From Candidatus Bathyarchaeota archaeon (lineage in GTDB: Archaea > Thermoproteota > Bathyarchaeia > 40CM-2-53-6): a stretch of DNA of 18,424 bases. Numbering within the stretch: the first letter of the stretch is position 1; each line of letters opens with the position of its first letter. A model generated the notes under the pieces. That model ran no database searches. It worked only from the letters and a program-made list of their open reading frames with translations, and was not told the DNA's origin. The position numbers and the translations under genes were made by a program. Of the stretch, positions 17,038-18,424 are shown piece by piece. The stretch is taken from positions 1 through 18,424 of the forward strand of contig CAWHWX010000010.1 of the NCBI GenBank assembly GCA_963833125.1. The letters run 5' to 3'.

Positions 17038-17570
17038 CCATTTTTCCTTTACCCTTCCCTTTCCTTAGTTTCCGAGGCTTCACCGTCAAAGCCAATCCGA
17101 TTACCAGGAAGAATAGGAGGATTCCTAGCCAAGGAATCCAGGCGGGGATTGCTGGGATGACCGTTATAGTCAATTGGGTCGAAGCGGTTAGATTTCCAAT
17201 CGTTGCTAGTATGGTTGCCGTGAAATTTTGTGGCGCAGCAGCGGGCGTAGCAACAACGATGAGCTGGGTAATTGTCGTCGGTGGTCGTAACTGTGTGCAC
17301 TGCGGGAGGAAGGTAAGCGTGAACCCTGAACTAGGAAAGCCCTGCTCCTCAAAACAAGCCGACCCCGGAATGTTCAAACTTGTGAGGGTTAGGTTGATCG
17401 TCGCATTATCCCCCACTTTGATAACTGCGGCTGAAGGATTGGCTGACAATGTGAGTTCTGGGTCGGAGGCACGTGGGAGGGTTGTCGCGCCCAGCGCAGG
17501 CGGCGTAAGGAAGCAACAGGACTACGTACATGCTCAACAGCGTGACACGCAAAAGGAGGTTCATAGGCAT
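17030..17570 (-). CDS. Secreted Ig-like domain protein with a C-terminal TM anchor; frameshift near 17510 (179 aa if repaired)
   Basis: The signal peptide MPMNLLLRVTLLSMYVVLLL is in one frame and LTPPALGATTLPRASDPELTLSANPS... in the next. The body is beta-rich and ends in a TM helix plus KPRKLRKGK. A TTAATA box lies ~31 nt upstream of 17570. Confidence 0.7.
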
Positions 17571-17733
17571 GGCTCTACAAGTAACAAGAAATTCTTCGAC
17601 TATTAATTCTCTATCTCCAACGAGATCAATGGCTTTTTCCAGTATTTTGGAGTTGATAGGTCGCTTGGATACAGAAAGAGAGGTTATCAATCGATCGAGA
17701 TTGAAAGAGATTTATGGTTTGAGACGTTCGAAC

Positions 17734-18090
17734 CTATTTCGCAGTTTCTCTTTTCGTTAGATGTTCTTCCATCACGGTTAACGCATGGTTGTGAGCTAAC
17801 CGCACGATCTCCTTCGCCTTATCGACATCCTCGTTTGATTTGATTCTGAACGTGACCCAGCCCGCCTGGGGAGCGTAGAGATGTCTCTCGGCCTTTCCTT
17901 CCGTTAAAACACGAGCTTGGTCGGAAATCGACAGTCGAATGTCGAGTTGCGTTTGGCAGTGGAAGTGCATGAACTCCAAACCATGAACTTTGAATTCGAT
18001 CCCGCCAAACCTATGCGGCCCACTAGTAACATCAGGCAGATCGGCTATCCAGGACCTGAGGGCATCGAACTCGCCCTTTGTTAGACCCAC
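17734..18090 (-). CDS. DUF5519 (luciferase-family-annotated) protein
   Basis: PHRFGGIEF, EFMHFH, LDIRL, AERHLYAPQAGWVTFRI. GTG 18090 is preferred because an AATATAT box lies ~25-30 nt upstream. Confidence 0.82.
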   Translation of the reverse strand: MGLTKGEFDALRSWIADLPDVTSGPHRFGGIEFKVHGLEFMHFHCQTQLDIRLSISDQARVLTEGKAERHLYAPQAGWVTFRIKSNEDVDKAKEIVRLAHNHALTVMEEHLTKRETAK

Positions 18091-18424
18091 AGGTACAAAG
18101 ACCCCGTAACCCGCATATATTGACGACAAAAAGCGGTCATTTGATAGGCCTTCGATATAGAACCCAAATTTGCAGGGTGAAATCACCAAATCATTGGGTG
18201 AAACCGGCCCACGTTCAGAACCTTACCAGCCTAACGAAAGAATACATTATCCGAGCCAGGCTGGCCCGGCAACCTGGCAAAGTTCACGTGAAAATCTGAG
18301 CGTCAGCAACTTCGTCAGTACAAGGTCAGAGTTTACTAACTCGCCCTGTTAGCAGATTATGGTGGCGCCGGAAAAGGGTAACGTCAAGTTAACGGTTGTT
18401 AAGAGATTCTTCTTGTTTTCTGAG

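Noticed and set aside
17030-17160. Fourth PEY-type sorting tail (IPAIPAWIPWLG-TM-KPRKLRK)
   Set aside because: It lacks PEY and the invariant M and Y positions and has a longer basic tail. Treated as an ordinary C-terminal anchor, though a different sorting signal is not excluded.

Overview
An archaeal accessory region. The archaeal call rests on TATA-like boxes about 25-35 nt upstream of near-leaderless TTG/GTG/ATG starts, a TFS/RpoM-like gene and PEF-CTERM-like tails. A TACK lineage such as Bathyarchaeia is plausible but is inference only. From left to right the window holds: a metallophosphoesterase and a holin-like/alkaline-phosphatase-superfamily gene pair; small stress-type genes (CsbD, two small ORFs missing from the track, a PepSY-like protein, a YQP-repeat protein); a BCP peroxiredoxin; a surface-protein island (two DUF3494 ice-binding-like paralogs, a Cys-rich 7-repeat beta-propeller, a beta-rich secreted protein); and then PNPOx-like, PepC, SRPBCC-like, VOC, Zn-ribbon microprotein, atypical TFS, membrane protein and DUF5519 genes. 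The best candidate for a new system is a 29-residue C-terminal tail ([IV]PEYx[LW]G, transmembrane helix, K[RK][RK]) of identical length on three surface proteins from two unrelated families, a probable archaeosortase sorting-signal variant. Other leads are a putative three-gene operon ending in a Tyr/Gln/Pro repeat protein and a TFS paralog lacking the catalytic DE hairpin. Four or five genes carry 1-2 nt frameshifts and one has an in-frame TAG; these may be assembly errors. No rRNA, tRNA, CRISPR array or transposase was recognised.
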